From Antedon mediterranea (lineage: Eukaryota > Animalia > Echinodermata), in the NCBI RefSeq assembly GCF_964355755.1, contig NC_092674.1, positions 19,654,001-19,718,000 on the forward strand: a DNA stretch of 64,000 nt, given 5' to 3'. The notes beneath the pieces were generated by a model. It did no database searches and had not been told where the DNA came from. It worked only from the letters and a program-made list of their open reading frames with translations. How positions within the stretch are numbered: the first letter of the stretch is position 1; every line of letters begins with the position of its first letter. Shown one piece after another: positions 23,447 to 34,334 of the stretch. Position numbers and translations under genes: made by a program.

Positions 23447-26054
23447 CTGTCGGTCCGGTATCACTATGCATTGTAGCACGCGACTTAATGGCTGTTGGCC
23501 TTGTTAGATACTGATCCATGTGATTCAAGTCCTTGTAATGAGTTTCAAGAATGTTCTATTGCCATTAGTGGAAATCAATGTGGTTATGAATGTGACTGTC
23601 TTCCCTGCTATCGTGGAGCAAATTGTCAAAATGGTATGTTTTAGTATCTTTCTGCTACTAAAAATACATTTGCGAGTTTAAAGCTGAGGTACAGGCATGA
23701 ATTTTAAATATAATATGTGGTTAATTGTACATAAATCAAATATTTGTAACAGAAATCAAGACGAAAAAACATCAATTTCCCTTAATATGGTGAAAAACAA
23801 AATTTGGCAAAATTCTTCCATAAAAACCAGGAAGACTTTTTTCAGTAGTTAGGTTGTTAACCTAATGTAATAACATGTCTGGTGACTCCCTAGCAAGTGA
23901 AAAAAGGTGGTGGATATACGGTGGATAATTTTTGCTATAGCATAAAAATAAAAATTTGAAGTTGAATAAAAATACCAGAAATGTAAAATTCAAGTTATAT
24001 TACCTTTATTTAGTCATCTGATAACATTTTTTACCACACCGTTTATTTTTCATAGCTTTTTAAAATGCCTCTCTATTTACAAAATGTGTGCACAAAAGAA
24101 TAGAGATTTTACTGTGTAATTTGAACTATCCCCCCACTGATAAGAAAGTGCTTATTTTAACAAGCTTGTGTAACACAAATAAAATCCCAAAAATTATGAA
24201 ACATAGGGGAAACTATAGATCGATAATTATTGGAATGTATGCTCAATAGAAATTTTTTGCCCGCACCTGGCCTTCTTTAAAAAAGCGTGTCACTGCATAG
24301 ACCATACACAGACACTCAGTCGTTTATTCACAACATACATGAACTAGTACACCAGGTTTTATCACTTACTCATGCCCGTCCACCAAAATCATTAAAAACA
24401 TTCTGGACTCCGGTAAGCGAAAAAACAAACATTTTTGAATCTGTTATTTCTTATGACCATTTACACAAACTTGCTCAGGATAGGTACAGATTGTACGGGG
24501 AATTGTTGAACCCACAAATGTGAAAACGCCCACAAATGTGAAAACAACCACAAATGTGAAAACGCATCACCCACAAATGTGAAAACAACCACAAATGTGA
24601 AAACGCATCACCCACAAATGTAATAAAACAGCGGCCACAAATGTGAAAACGACCATCGCCCACAAATGTAAAAAAAAAATCAAATCAAATTTTGTGCTAG
24701 ACTCAAACAAGTTTGATCAAGGTAATACATTATATCATGTGTATTGAGTTGTTTCAATAATTGTGTGTTCACGATACGTCTGTTAGGGTCGTCATTAACG
24801 CGTTGGAATATTACCATGTTCGATGTTTTTTGCATCGACTTGGAACTATACGTACATAATAGTAAGTCAACCAGTTAACAACTACACAACTACAAGCAAC
24901 AATGATATAACATGGCCTTGATCTGGAAGGAAGTATCGTGCATGCGCGCAGCAAATATCGTCTTGAACTATACGTACATTAAACCACCAACGAGTTAACA
25001 TGCAAATATCGCGCGCACGAGCAGTAAATTGTAATAATCCAACGCGTTAACGACGACCCTAACAGACGTATCGTGAACACACAATTATTGAAACAACTCA
25101 ATACAATGTATATACATTAACATTAACTCGATCAAAATTGTTTGGGTCTAGCACTAAATTTGATTTGGATTCTTTTTTACATTTGTGGGCGACAAGATCT
25201 CTCTTTTTTCACATTTGTGGGCACTGTTTTCACATTTGTGGGTGATGCGTTTTTACAATTGTGGTTGTTTTCACATTTGTGGGTGATGCGTTTTCACATT
25301 TGTGGTTGTTTTCACATTTGTGGGTGATACGTTTTCACATTTGTGGTTGTTTTCACATTTGTGGGCGTTTTCACATTTGTGGGTTCAACAGGAATACTAT
25401 ATGCTTTTCTGCTTACGTTACTGCTCGTCGTGTAAATTGGCCTTAAGAAACATTCTTAAACAAACTTAACATCGCCCAGAGTTTTCTCAAGACACCGGAC
25501 CAAATGCAGGCTTAATGTGAATGTAGCTTGTTGCTAAAAGGCAAAGAATAAAGATGAGGTAGTAGATGAAACGAGAATGGATACTGTGACAGAGGTGAGC
25601 TTTAAAGTTAACAAAATAACCACCATACTTATTTTTGTTATTGTTAGTGAGAGGTGGATGCAATGGCACACCTTGTCAAAATGGAGGAACATGTATACCA
25701 GTCCCATTTGGAAATTCCTGTTTTTATAGATGCGAATGTGAAGATGGGCATTCTGGCTTCAACTGTCAAAATGATGGTAATGGTAAAAAATTCACATTCA
25801 AATGATGATTGATCACCAACCAGCTTAATTTTCAAATAGCTCGCCCAACCTACTGTAGGAAAGATTCTGATCCCCACTCTACTTAATATAAGCTTTCCAT
25901 AAAAATCCCTAAAATGAAAACCTTTTTTTAGTTACGTTTCCTGTACCATTTTTTAAATGTCCTTTATGTGTTTGAACCAAATAAACCAAATCAAATCAGG
26001 TATTCAAGCAATCATATGCATAATTATTAAAATATTATTTTTCTTTCAGATTAA
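9216..26054 (+). CDS. Putative secreted poly-EGF protein (up to 23 EGF modules, mostly 8-Cys; fibropellin/Notch-like repeats)
   Basis: Exons: 9216-9297 (MLLLKNRMFFLFVVIRVAHVRT.., tentative signal exon), 16739-16864, 17472-17591, 19 x 114-nt exons (17837 to 23218), 23508-23633, 25648-25776, terminal 26050-26054 (TAA). Internal exons are all phase 1-1 with AG acceptors; EGF C1-C6 spacing; AATAAA at 26109. Confidence 0.8.
9642..9875 (+). mobile_element. tRNA-headed SINE with Deu/Nin-like central domain
   Basis: A-box TGGCCGAGCGG, B-box-like GTTCGAGGC, then GGACTATAAACCGTAGGTCC...GAGTAAGGGGTTACCCGGGTGT, resembling the Deu/Nin domain (recalled, not aligned). Confidence 0.55.
10087..14440 (-). mobile_element. 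Two tandem HINE-like units (ATIR TGATCACCT subfamily)
   Basis: 10087-10260 + 11739-12840 is homologous to 13175-14440; intact 3' end CTAG-AATTT-AATTCGTCA-CTT-TGACGAATT-ATAGGTGATCA at 13160-13200. Confidence 0.65.
10261..11738 (-). mobile_element. 5'-truncated CR1/L2-group LINE (RT domain to 3' end)
   Basis: FDTIDH..GVPQGSLLGPLLF..YADDT..FLGV..YCNIVW..HSYNTR, stop at 10650, poly(A) at 10261, candidate TSD TATATAC (10254-10260/11739-11745). Confidence 0.85.
14445..16500 (+). mobile_element. Decayed 5'-truncated LINE (RTEX-like), RT + C-terminal CCHC
   Basis: YRGVSL, QGGFR, GIQQGSPLS, YADD, YLGV, GECGR and C..C..EDEYHF..C motifs across frameshifted/stopped ORFs 14491-16357; (GAAT)n tail 16477-16500. 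Confidence 0.8.
17643..23315 (+). repeat. Tandem array of ~278-bp exon+intron units (19 EGF exons)
   Basis: 114-nt exons start at 17837,18112,18390,18669,18947,19347,19631,19909,20309,20592,20870,21148,21426,21709,21987,22265,22548,22826,23105, encoding (Y)DDPCTSNPCG[TA]NGDC[NS]SDQCSFTC[AG]C[DA]PCYSG[AT]ACQT. Confidence 0.95.
23378..23505 (+). mobile_element. Mini DINE-1/HINE-like element
   Basis: AGTCGCGTG...CACGCGACT subterminal inverted repeat, GTCG/GTCT microsatellite, GGC..GCC hairpin, CTTGTT end, inserted in a T-run. Confidence 0.75.
23682..24276 (+). mobile_element. Kolobok-like MITE family 1, copy 1
   Basis: TTAA flanks, short imperfect TIR AG...GGTACAGGCA / TGCCCGCACCTGGCCT; homologous copies at 48524-48991 and 49672-51850. 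Confidence 0.65.
24504..25390. mobile_element. Foldback MITE, TGT...ACA ends, 5-bp TSD (Ginger/TDD-like)
   Basis: Arms >300 bp built partly of CCACAAATGTGAAAA subrepeats; GGAAT duplicated at 24499-24503 and 25391-25395. Confidence 0.75.
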
Positions 26055-27044
26055 CCCTGTATGAAAGTGTAAGTACTAAAATATTATTATTTTATTTCCT
26101 TTCAGTTCAATAAAAAATAAGTGATAGAAGAGCCCAAGAAAAACCACAGCTTGAAATTAATAGGCTCCTTAAATAAACACATTGCAATATAAATTAGGAA
26201 TGCCAAAATATATACACAATAATAATACATAAACTTTAAAAAAATTAGTTTTAACTTAATAATAATAGTAATAATAATGTTTTCTAGTTACAAAAAAGTA
26301 ACTAACCAAATAGCAAACATACTAACAGCAAACAGCACATCCTGCCATACATATTTTAGAAAAAAATAATACCAATAATAATAATAATTGAATATAGTAT
26401 TTATAAAAATGTTAATTAATGTTTGCATTTTTTTATTAAATTGTTCTTGCTTCTGTAGTATGTGAAAAGACTGCACATCAACCAAGCATATAAACCTACG
26501 TACTGCATAGATCAAGGCAGATGTAGTGAATAGAAATTTAATCACTTAATAAATAATCATAATTTTACCGCATAAGATTTAGTGTAAGTACAACTAAGAT
26601 TCTAAGGTTAATATTTTTCTAGAAGGCCTGTTTTAACTTTCCCGAATCATTCTTAAGGGACAACTGTCTAATTCCATTCAATAATAACAAAATAAATAAC
26701 TAACCTTGATGAAATATTTATTTTTTTGTGAATAAATTACCTCCATTTTCTTGCTTCAGTAACAGGAAATGTTTTCCACTACTTAGTGACTCTTTTCAAC
26801 CATGACTATACTTTATATAATAGATATTTATTAATTGATAACAGTGAATTCAGTGTTTTATAAATAAAATATATTTAACTCAACTAAAATAAATCTTTTG
26901 TCATTGTTTAGTTACTATTCAATTATAACATTTATTGGAGATATTGTAATGTTTTTATTTTATTTTTTAATAAACGATGTTACAATACTATTTGTGTAAC
27001 TATTGCAGAATTATAATAAATAACTTTATTTATAATATATAAAC

Positions 27045-28255
27045 ACAAGAGGCAAAGAACATTAATTCTAAACCGCCCGGTGATATACTGAAATTTAATT
27101 AATTAATTTGAAACGATAAAGATGAGGAAATCTGTGAGAATGAGAAAAAGTCGCCCCAACCGAGACTCGAACTCGGACCGCCTGCTTGATATGCAGATAT
27201 CCTAACCGTTAGCCCACTGGGGCTTTCATGGTATTGTTCGAACTCGATTGGATATGATATATCTACAAATTTATAAAAATACTGTACTATATATTAATAG
27301 TAATTTTCTATTACAGTAGTTGTTTTTATAAATTTAGTATAATCTATTTTATTGAAAATAATTATTATTGTAAAATAGAAACATGCGTTAATAAATTGTA
27401 TATTCGCGTGGCCACACGATGACGCCACAATGTCCGGTTAGCCATATTAATACATGATCCGATATCTACAACTCATCAACTTCCAGAAAATGTCATCCAC
27501 AAAAAGTTGACTGTGCAGTTTAGAAATTACGACTGTTTAAAAAAAGGCATAAATTTGACGAATTTTTGAACTTTTTCATCAAAAACGCACCCAAATTGTC
27601 CAATTCGACGTGCTCGTATGACGTAACTTTAAGTCGAAATTGTTTAAAAGTTGGTAAAATTACTAGAAGAGGCTGGAAAAACATAAATCACGCAAAAAAA
27701 TAATGTTTTAAATGCTACGTGCGCACCGCACACGTAAACATTTGCGCACGCGTGGGAATTTTTGACATGCTTAAAATGACATGAAACGCGTAGAAAGTTG
27801 ATTAGAAATTAATTTTGCGCATTTTGAAATTTTAAATGCGCATGCGCGCGTAACTTTGTGTAAAACTCGCAATTTTTTTTCAACAGAAAGTTAGCACATG
27901 ATATAAATTAAACTTTTGCAAAGTTTCACTTTAAAATGTTATTTGGTTTTCGACATATGTTAAATACGAGAAAATCGTTAAATCGCGCGTAAAATCGTTG
28001 CGCAATTGTAGGCCTAAACATCATGAAAAGCTTCGCTTGACGACGTTACATAAATGTCAAAATGTTAACATAGTTAACAAAATGTTATGTTTGCAAGTTT
28101 TAGAGAAAAGCGTTACACAAAAATCTCGTAGGCCTACAATCACAAGAGGTTATCCTGCAACTTCGTTGCGGATAACCAATAAGAAGAAGAAGAAGAAGAA
28201 TAAAGATTTCATACAATAACAATAGGTGATCATTTTATTCTAAATGATCACCTAA
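27045..28255 (-). mobile_element. Composite HINE-like element with tRNA-like cassette
   Basis: Body homologous to 4559-6140; two stacked 5' hairpins (GGTTATCC..GGATAACC 28148-28177; AGGTGATCAT..ATGATCACCT 28223-28252); CTTGT-type end near 27045. Confidence 0.65.
27153..27223 (-). pseudogene. tRNA-like gene (Arg-like 5' half, ATC at anticodon position)
   Basis: Acceptor GCCCCAG/TTGGGGC, T-arm CCGAG-TTCGAGT-CTCGG, anticodon arm TCTGC-ATATCAA-GCAGG, weak D-stem, T5 terminator. Confidence 0.55.
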
Positions 28256-28262
28256 TAATATG

Positions 28263-31200
28263 GCCGGTGTAAGATTGAATTGTGTCCAGCATTCAAAAGT
28301 GTCCGGGCGGACACTTTTCAGCATTGGATAGTGTCCAGTTGCCTGTTTCAACGGGTTCGTGGGCGTTTTTCAACAATTTAATGCTGTCCGGCCCGTTTAA
28401 TAATGTCTGACCCATGGATTGAAATGCGTCCACTATTAAATACTGTATCATACGTTTTATGATAGGTGGTTGTTTTTATCACGCCTGCACTTGTTTTTTC
28501 TTCTTTTAATAACCAATAATACTTAGTGATGCCAAACTATTTTTTTTTTCTAATTAAAGATCGCTTTGCCTAAACACCTCCAATTAGGGACCATTATATT
28601 ATTTGGTATGTGAAAAGACAAGAAGAATAAATAATTGTTAAGTATGTGACAAAAACAAGTAAATGAAGTGGTCCTCTTCCAATTAAAAATCACTTTACCT
28701 AAAACACCTCCAATTAGCGACCATTATATTATTTAGTATTAATAAAGCAAGAAGAATATATAGTTATTAATTATGTGACAAAAAACAAGTAATTGTACTG
28801 GTCCTCTTTCAATAAAGAACCACTTTACTTAAAACACCTCCAATTAGCGACCATTTTATTAATTGGTATGAGTAAAGACAATAATAATTAATAGTTTCAA
28901 TTATGTGACAAAATTAAGTAACTGTACTTACTGGTCCGCTTCCAATTAAAGATCACTTTACTTTAAGACACCTCTAATTAGTGACCATTTTTATTAATTG
29001 GTATGAGTAAAGGCAAGAATAATTAATAGTTTAATTATGTGACAAAATTAAGTAAATGTACTGGTCCGCTTCCAATTAAAGGTCACTTTACTTTAAGACA
29101 CCTCTAATTAGCGACCATTTTATTAATTGGTAGGAGTAAATACAAGAAGAATACTTAGTTTTAATTATGATAGTGACAAAATTAAGTAACTGTACTAGTC
29201 CTCTTCCAGTTATAGATCACTTTACTTAAAGAAACCTCCAATTAGCGACCATTATATTATTTAGTATGAATAAAGACAAAAAGAATACATAGTTTTAATT
29301 TTGTGACAAAAACAAGTAATATTGTACTAGTCCTCTTCCATTAAAAACCACTTTAATTATAGACACCTCCAATTAGCGACCATTTTATTAATTGGTATGA
29401 GTAAAGACAATAATAATTAATAGTTTTAATTATGTGACAAAATTAAGTAACTGTACTGGTCCGCTTCCAATTAAAGATCACTTTACTTTAAGACACCTAA
29501 TTAGTGACCATTTTTATTAATTGGTAGGAGTAAATACAAGAAGAATACTAGTTTTAATTATGATAGTGACAAAATTAAGTAACTGTACTAGTCCTCTTCC
29601 AGTTATAGATCACTTTACTTAAAGAAACCTCCAATTAGCGACCATTATATTATTTAGTATGAATAAAGACAAAAAGAATACATAGTTTTAATTTTGTGAC
29701 AAAAACAAGTAATATTGTACTGGTCCTCTTCCATTAAAAACCACTTTAATTATAGACACCTCCAATTGGCGACCATTTTATTAATTGGTATGAGTAAAGA
29801 CAATAATAATTAATAGTTTTAATTATGTGACAAAATTAAGTAACTGTACTGGTCCGCTTCCAATTAAAGATCACTTTACTTTAAGACACCTCTAATTAGT
29901 GACCATTTTTATTAATTGGTATGAGTAAAGGCAAGAATAATTAATAGTTTAATTATGTGACAAAATTAAGTAAATGTACTGGTCCGCTTCCAATTAAAGA
30001 TCACTTCAGTTTAAGACACTTCCAATTAGCGACCGTTATATTATTTTGTATGGATAAAGACAAGAAGAAGAAATAGTTTATAATTATGTGATAAAAAACA
30101 AGTAATTGTACTGGTCCTCTTCCAATTAAAGATCACTTCAATTTAAACACTTCCATTTAGCGACCGTTTTATTATTTTGTACGAGTACAGACAAGAGGAA
30201 TAAATAGTTTATAATCATGTGATAAAAAACAAGTAATTGTACTGGTCCTCTTCCAATTAAAGATCACTTTACTTTAAAACACTTCCAATTAGCGACCGTT
30301 TTATTATTTTGTATGAGCACAGACAAGAGGAATAAATAGTTTATAATCATGTGATAAAAAACAAGTAATTGTACTGGTACGTCCTCTTCCAATTAAAGAT
30401 CACTTTACTTTAAGACACTTCCAATTAGAGACGGTTTTATTATTTTGTATGAGTAAAGACAAGAAGTTTAAATAGTTTATAATCATGGATGTGACAAAAA
30501 ACAAGTAATTGTACTGGTCCTCTTCCAATTAAAGATCCCTTTACTGTAAGACAGACAGATGACAGTTAACACGACTAAAAGGTGAAATATCTCCCGAGAG
30601 CCGCTGTTTGAGGTTGACCTGACAATTGTGGCCATTACCAATTGGGACATTACCCTTGCTGGACATCTGGTAAAAATAAATACTGATTATGCTGCCACTT
30701 TAGTACAAAAAACGATAAATAAAAAAAAAATAATACAACTTGTAGCATTCCCTTTAAACTTACAGTAGGCCCTGTTCAAAACTGCTAGTGTAGAAAAGTC
30801 AAATCCACCCATGTAATAAAACCTAGAACTAGCTAATGATGTAGAAACACCAACAGCTTATTTATTAAATAAAAATCAACATTATACTAATGTACAACTC
30901 AACATGTAAAGTAGTAACGAAAATTGCCTCACAGCTAATGTAGTTAATATCGCCAGCTAATAAAATATTATATATTTTACAAACCTAAATGTCTAAATCA
31001 TGTGCAAATGTATTTCTCTACTTGCCGTCAGTCTATCCACCTCTCGTAAGTGATCGGCTTTCAAAACGTAGCACTCTGATCGTAATGATTATGATGCGCA
31101 ATTAAGGTGTTTATTTTGCCATATGAAATATAAAAAAAATAAATATTTTTTGGTAATATGCATCAACAATATTTTTCAAATGTATTTTAGATAAATAAAT

Positions 31201-32038
31201 AAATAATGTAAAATCTCTAGAAACAAAAAAAATATTGTGACTAACCAATTCAATGTTTTATTAAATAAAACCAAAAATCAGGCATCTGTGAAAAAAAATA
31301 TAATGAAAAGAACTCACTTTAACAATGACGAACTTACTTGTTTAAAGCACTTTTGTTATCAGTTAATATTATTAAATTAGTAACAGTATTATGAATATTA
31401 CAAAATAATATTTTGAGAACTGAAAAATATTTTGAGGGAACAAATATATTTAGGGAGAACAAAATAAGATTTCAAGAACTGAACAATATAAAAAACGAAT
31501 TACTACTTCGAGACAAGGAATGATCGAGAGAACGAAATATTTCGAGGGAAATTATTTCGTTCTCTCGCGAATTAGTAATTCGAATTCCAATGAAATAATA
31601 TTTCGAGAGAACGAAAATAGGTAGGCCCTATGCCTATATGATTTAGTGATATTCATTCCCTAGAAATAATAATACAGTACCGGTAGCCTCAACAGGTTGT
31701 ATATACTCAATCAAAAACAAACAATTTAATTTGATTAGACTATATGTCTCCAGATATAATAATAGTAATATTTATTTCAATCGACTTGATATTTTGTGAT
31801 TCAAGTTGGTATTCTAAGGAATTATAATTACCCTAACGGGAGTTGGTGACCGTCCAGTGCCCTAGTTTTTACGGGGTTAATATGATGTCGATGTCGATGG
31901 TATGGTCCTACTTTTTTATCGATGAAAGCTGCCCGGGTGGTTGCAGCCATTTTCAACAGCTGGTATTACACTATTCAATGCTGAAAATTGTCCAGTGGAC
32001 ACTTTCAAACACCGGACACATTTAAATCTTACACCGGC
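28263..32038. mobile_element. Non-autonomous TIR element containing a satellite
   Basis: TIR GCCGGTGTAAGATT / AATCTTACACCGGC with ~80 bp of imperfect subterminal symmetry (TGTCC/GGACA motifs); no TSD found. Confidence 0.6.
28550..30552. repeat. ~130-bp satellite, about 15 copies
   Basis: CACCTCCAATTAGCGACC motif at 28575,28705,28835,28969,29099...30416; a ~393-bp trimer recurs at 29099/29494. Confidence 0.9.
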
Positions 32039-34334
32039 AGCGATTTTTTTTTTTCGTACATAAGTTGGGGACCTCCTCATGAAACGTCACAAAATAAACA
32101 TGAATAATTCATCAGTTAAATTTTCTTGTTCCGTGTGCACCCAAGAAGCGTATAGCAACAAGAAGTGATTACAGTTTACACAAGTGCGGTACGATTCTAG
32201 GCCTATCTCTGCTGTGTGGTTGCCGCGTGCGATTTCATAATAGAATAGCGGCGTTTTGTGTGGATTGTCGAAATAATCAGCCTTTAGTTTATGGTGTTTT
32301 TAATATAATTTATTACTAAAGAATTACGTGTTAAAATTATAGTTTCTATTGATACTATTAGGCCTAATTACTTTAGTCTCTAAACCCATGTCTATTCTAG
32401 TAGTAGCTGTGTTGGTGTGTGTGACGTGTGTGTTAGTTAGGTATGACATAGTCCGAGTAATAAGTCAGCAAAATTAAACAATAAACATTACACAAAAATA
32501 CATTTTTTATTCTCGTTGGTCTAATCTTCCCATCTCATGTGTTCATATACGCGCATTTTTAAAGTTTCTTTGAGTACATGCAAATTGTTTGATAATAAAA
32601 TAGCAGAATAAAAAAATTACAGGTAGGCCTACACACATTATACACATTCTTTATTCTTGTGGGTCTAAGCTTTCTTTGGGCTATGTCCAATTACTACTTA
32701 GTTTAATGTCTTGCCTAGTAGCCTGGGTGCAGTACAAATTTTGCGGGAAAAAGGTATAGGAAAATTTTTTTCTTTTTTTTTCTGATAGAGTATACCATAT
32801 AGAATGTCAGAAAAAAAATCCCCATCCCAGGGTCTTGGGGAAAATTGTTTACGGCACTTTTAAATTTTGGCCTATATAACGCACACAAATGCCTATTAAC
32901 ACACACAAATACCTATATATAGGGGATAGGGAAAACCAATTCACGTTTTTTTTAACTTGGAGTTGTGTTATGATGATTAAAATTAGCTGAGGCTTACTTT
33001 AATAACTACTTCTCATAGTAGTTGATAAATCGAGTCGGTAACAATGACATCATCATGCCAGAATCCAATATGGCGTCCAATTTGGCGGAAAAAACAGGGT
33101 ATTGCTAAACCCCCGCAAACCCCTGGAAACCTCCAAAATAACATAGCAAACCCCCACCGAACCAACATAAAAGTGATTGAATCATGTAGTGTACGACCCA
33201 CTGGGTATATCCATGTAAAAAAAAAAAATTAAATTTCTACTGTTAACTACTTATTTTTGGGGCAAAACATCATTTTTTGGTCAAAAATGATTGCTAAACC
33301 CTGCAAACCTCCAAAAAAACATAGCAAACCCCACCGAACCAACATAATAAAAGTGATTGAATCATGTAGTGTACGACCCACTGGGTATATCCATGTTTAA
33401 AAAAAATAAAATTTCTACTGTTAACTACTTATTTTTGGGGTAAAACATCATTTTTTGGTAAAAAATGATTGCTAATTTTTAACCAAAAAATGACGTTTTA
33501 TCCCAAAAATAAGTAGTTAACAGTAGAAATTTTTTTTTTTTTACATGGACATACCCAGTGGGGCGTACACTCCATGATTCAATCACTTTTATGTCGGTTC
33601 GGTGGGGTTTTCTATGTTTTTTTTGGAGGTTTCCAGGGGTTTGCGGGGGTTTAGCAATACCCTGTTTTTCCCGCCAAATTGGACGCTATATTGGATTCTG
33701 GCATGACGATGTCATCGTATCGACTTGATTCATCAACTACTATGAGAAGTAGTTATTAAAGTAAGCCTCTACTAATTTTAATCATTAAAACACAACTGCA
33801 AGTAACAAAAACTGTTAATTGATTTTCCCTATCCCCTATATATAGGTATTTGTGTATGTTAATAGGAATTTGTGTGTGTTATATAGGCCAAAATTTAAAA
33901 GTGGCATAAAAAATTTTCCCCAAGACCCTGGGATGGAGATTTTTTTTCTGACATTCCATATGGTAGGCCTATACTCTATTAGAAAAACCAAAAAAAAATT
34001 TTCCTATACTTTTTTCCCGCAAATGTGTATAATAATTGTTCTGCACCCAGGCTATAGCTGTCGATTAGCCTCGACACATTTTGCATAGTGGACGTGTGTG
34101 TGTGTGAAGAAGAGTGCGCGAAGGCAATCACGTGAATTGACCTAGAATCCTAGGCCTATTAATTGTAGAAAAAATCGTATCGCAGTTGTGTAATCACTTC
34201 CTGTTGCTATACGACGCTTGGGTGCACACGGAACAACAAATTCCAAATTTAACTGATGAATTATTCATGTTTATTTTGTTGACGTTTCATGAATTGAGGG
34301 GTCCCCAACTTATGTACGAAAAAAAAAATCGCTG
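32038..34334. mobile_element. TIR element (~165-bp TIRs) directly upstream of HFM1
   Basis: CAGCGATTTTTTTTTTCGTACATAAG... mirrored at ~34160-34334; hosts a nested Academ-like palindrome. Confidence 0.6.
32719..34054. mobile_element. Academ-like non-autonomous palindromic element
   Basis: Termini TAGCCTGGGTGCAG / CTGCACCCAGGCTA, 3-bp TSD TAG, almost entirely self-complementary, internal ~180-bp duplication at 33100-33475. Confidence 0.75.

Noticed and set aside
24509-24670. Short repeats with variable linkers resembling a mini-CRISPR
   Set aside because: They are mirrored at 25180-25385 as subrepeats of a foldback TIR with a TSD.
16739-26054. Naming the EGF gene Notch or fibropellin
   Set aside because: No LNR, ankyrin, transmembrane, CUB or avidin domain is visible; only EGF modules, then a stop.
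27185-27200. TCA (Sec/opal suppressor) anticodon
   Set aside because: In the 7-nt loop ATATCAA the central triplet is ATC, and there is no long variable arm.
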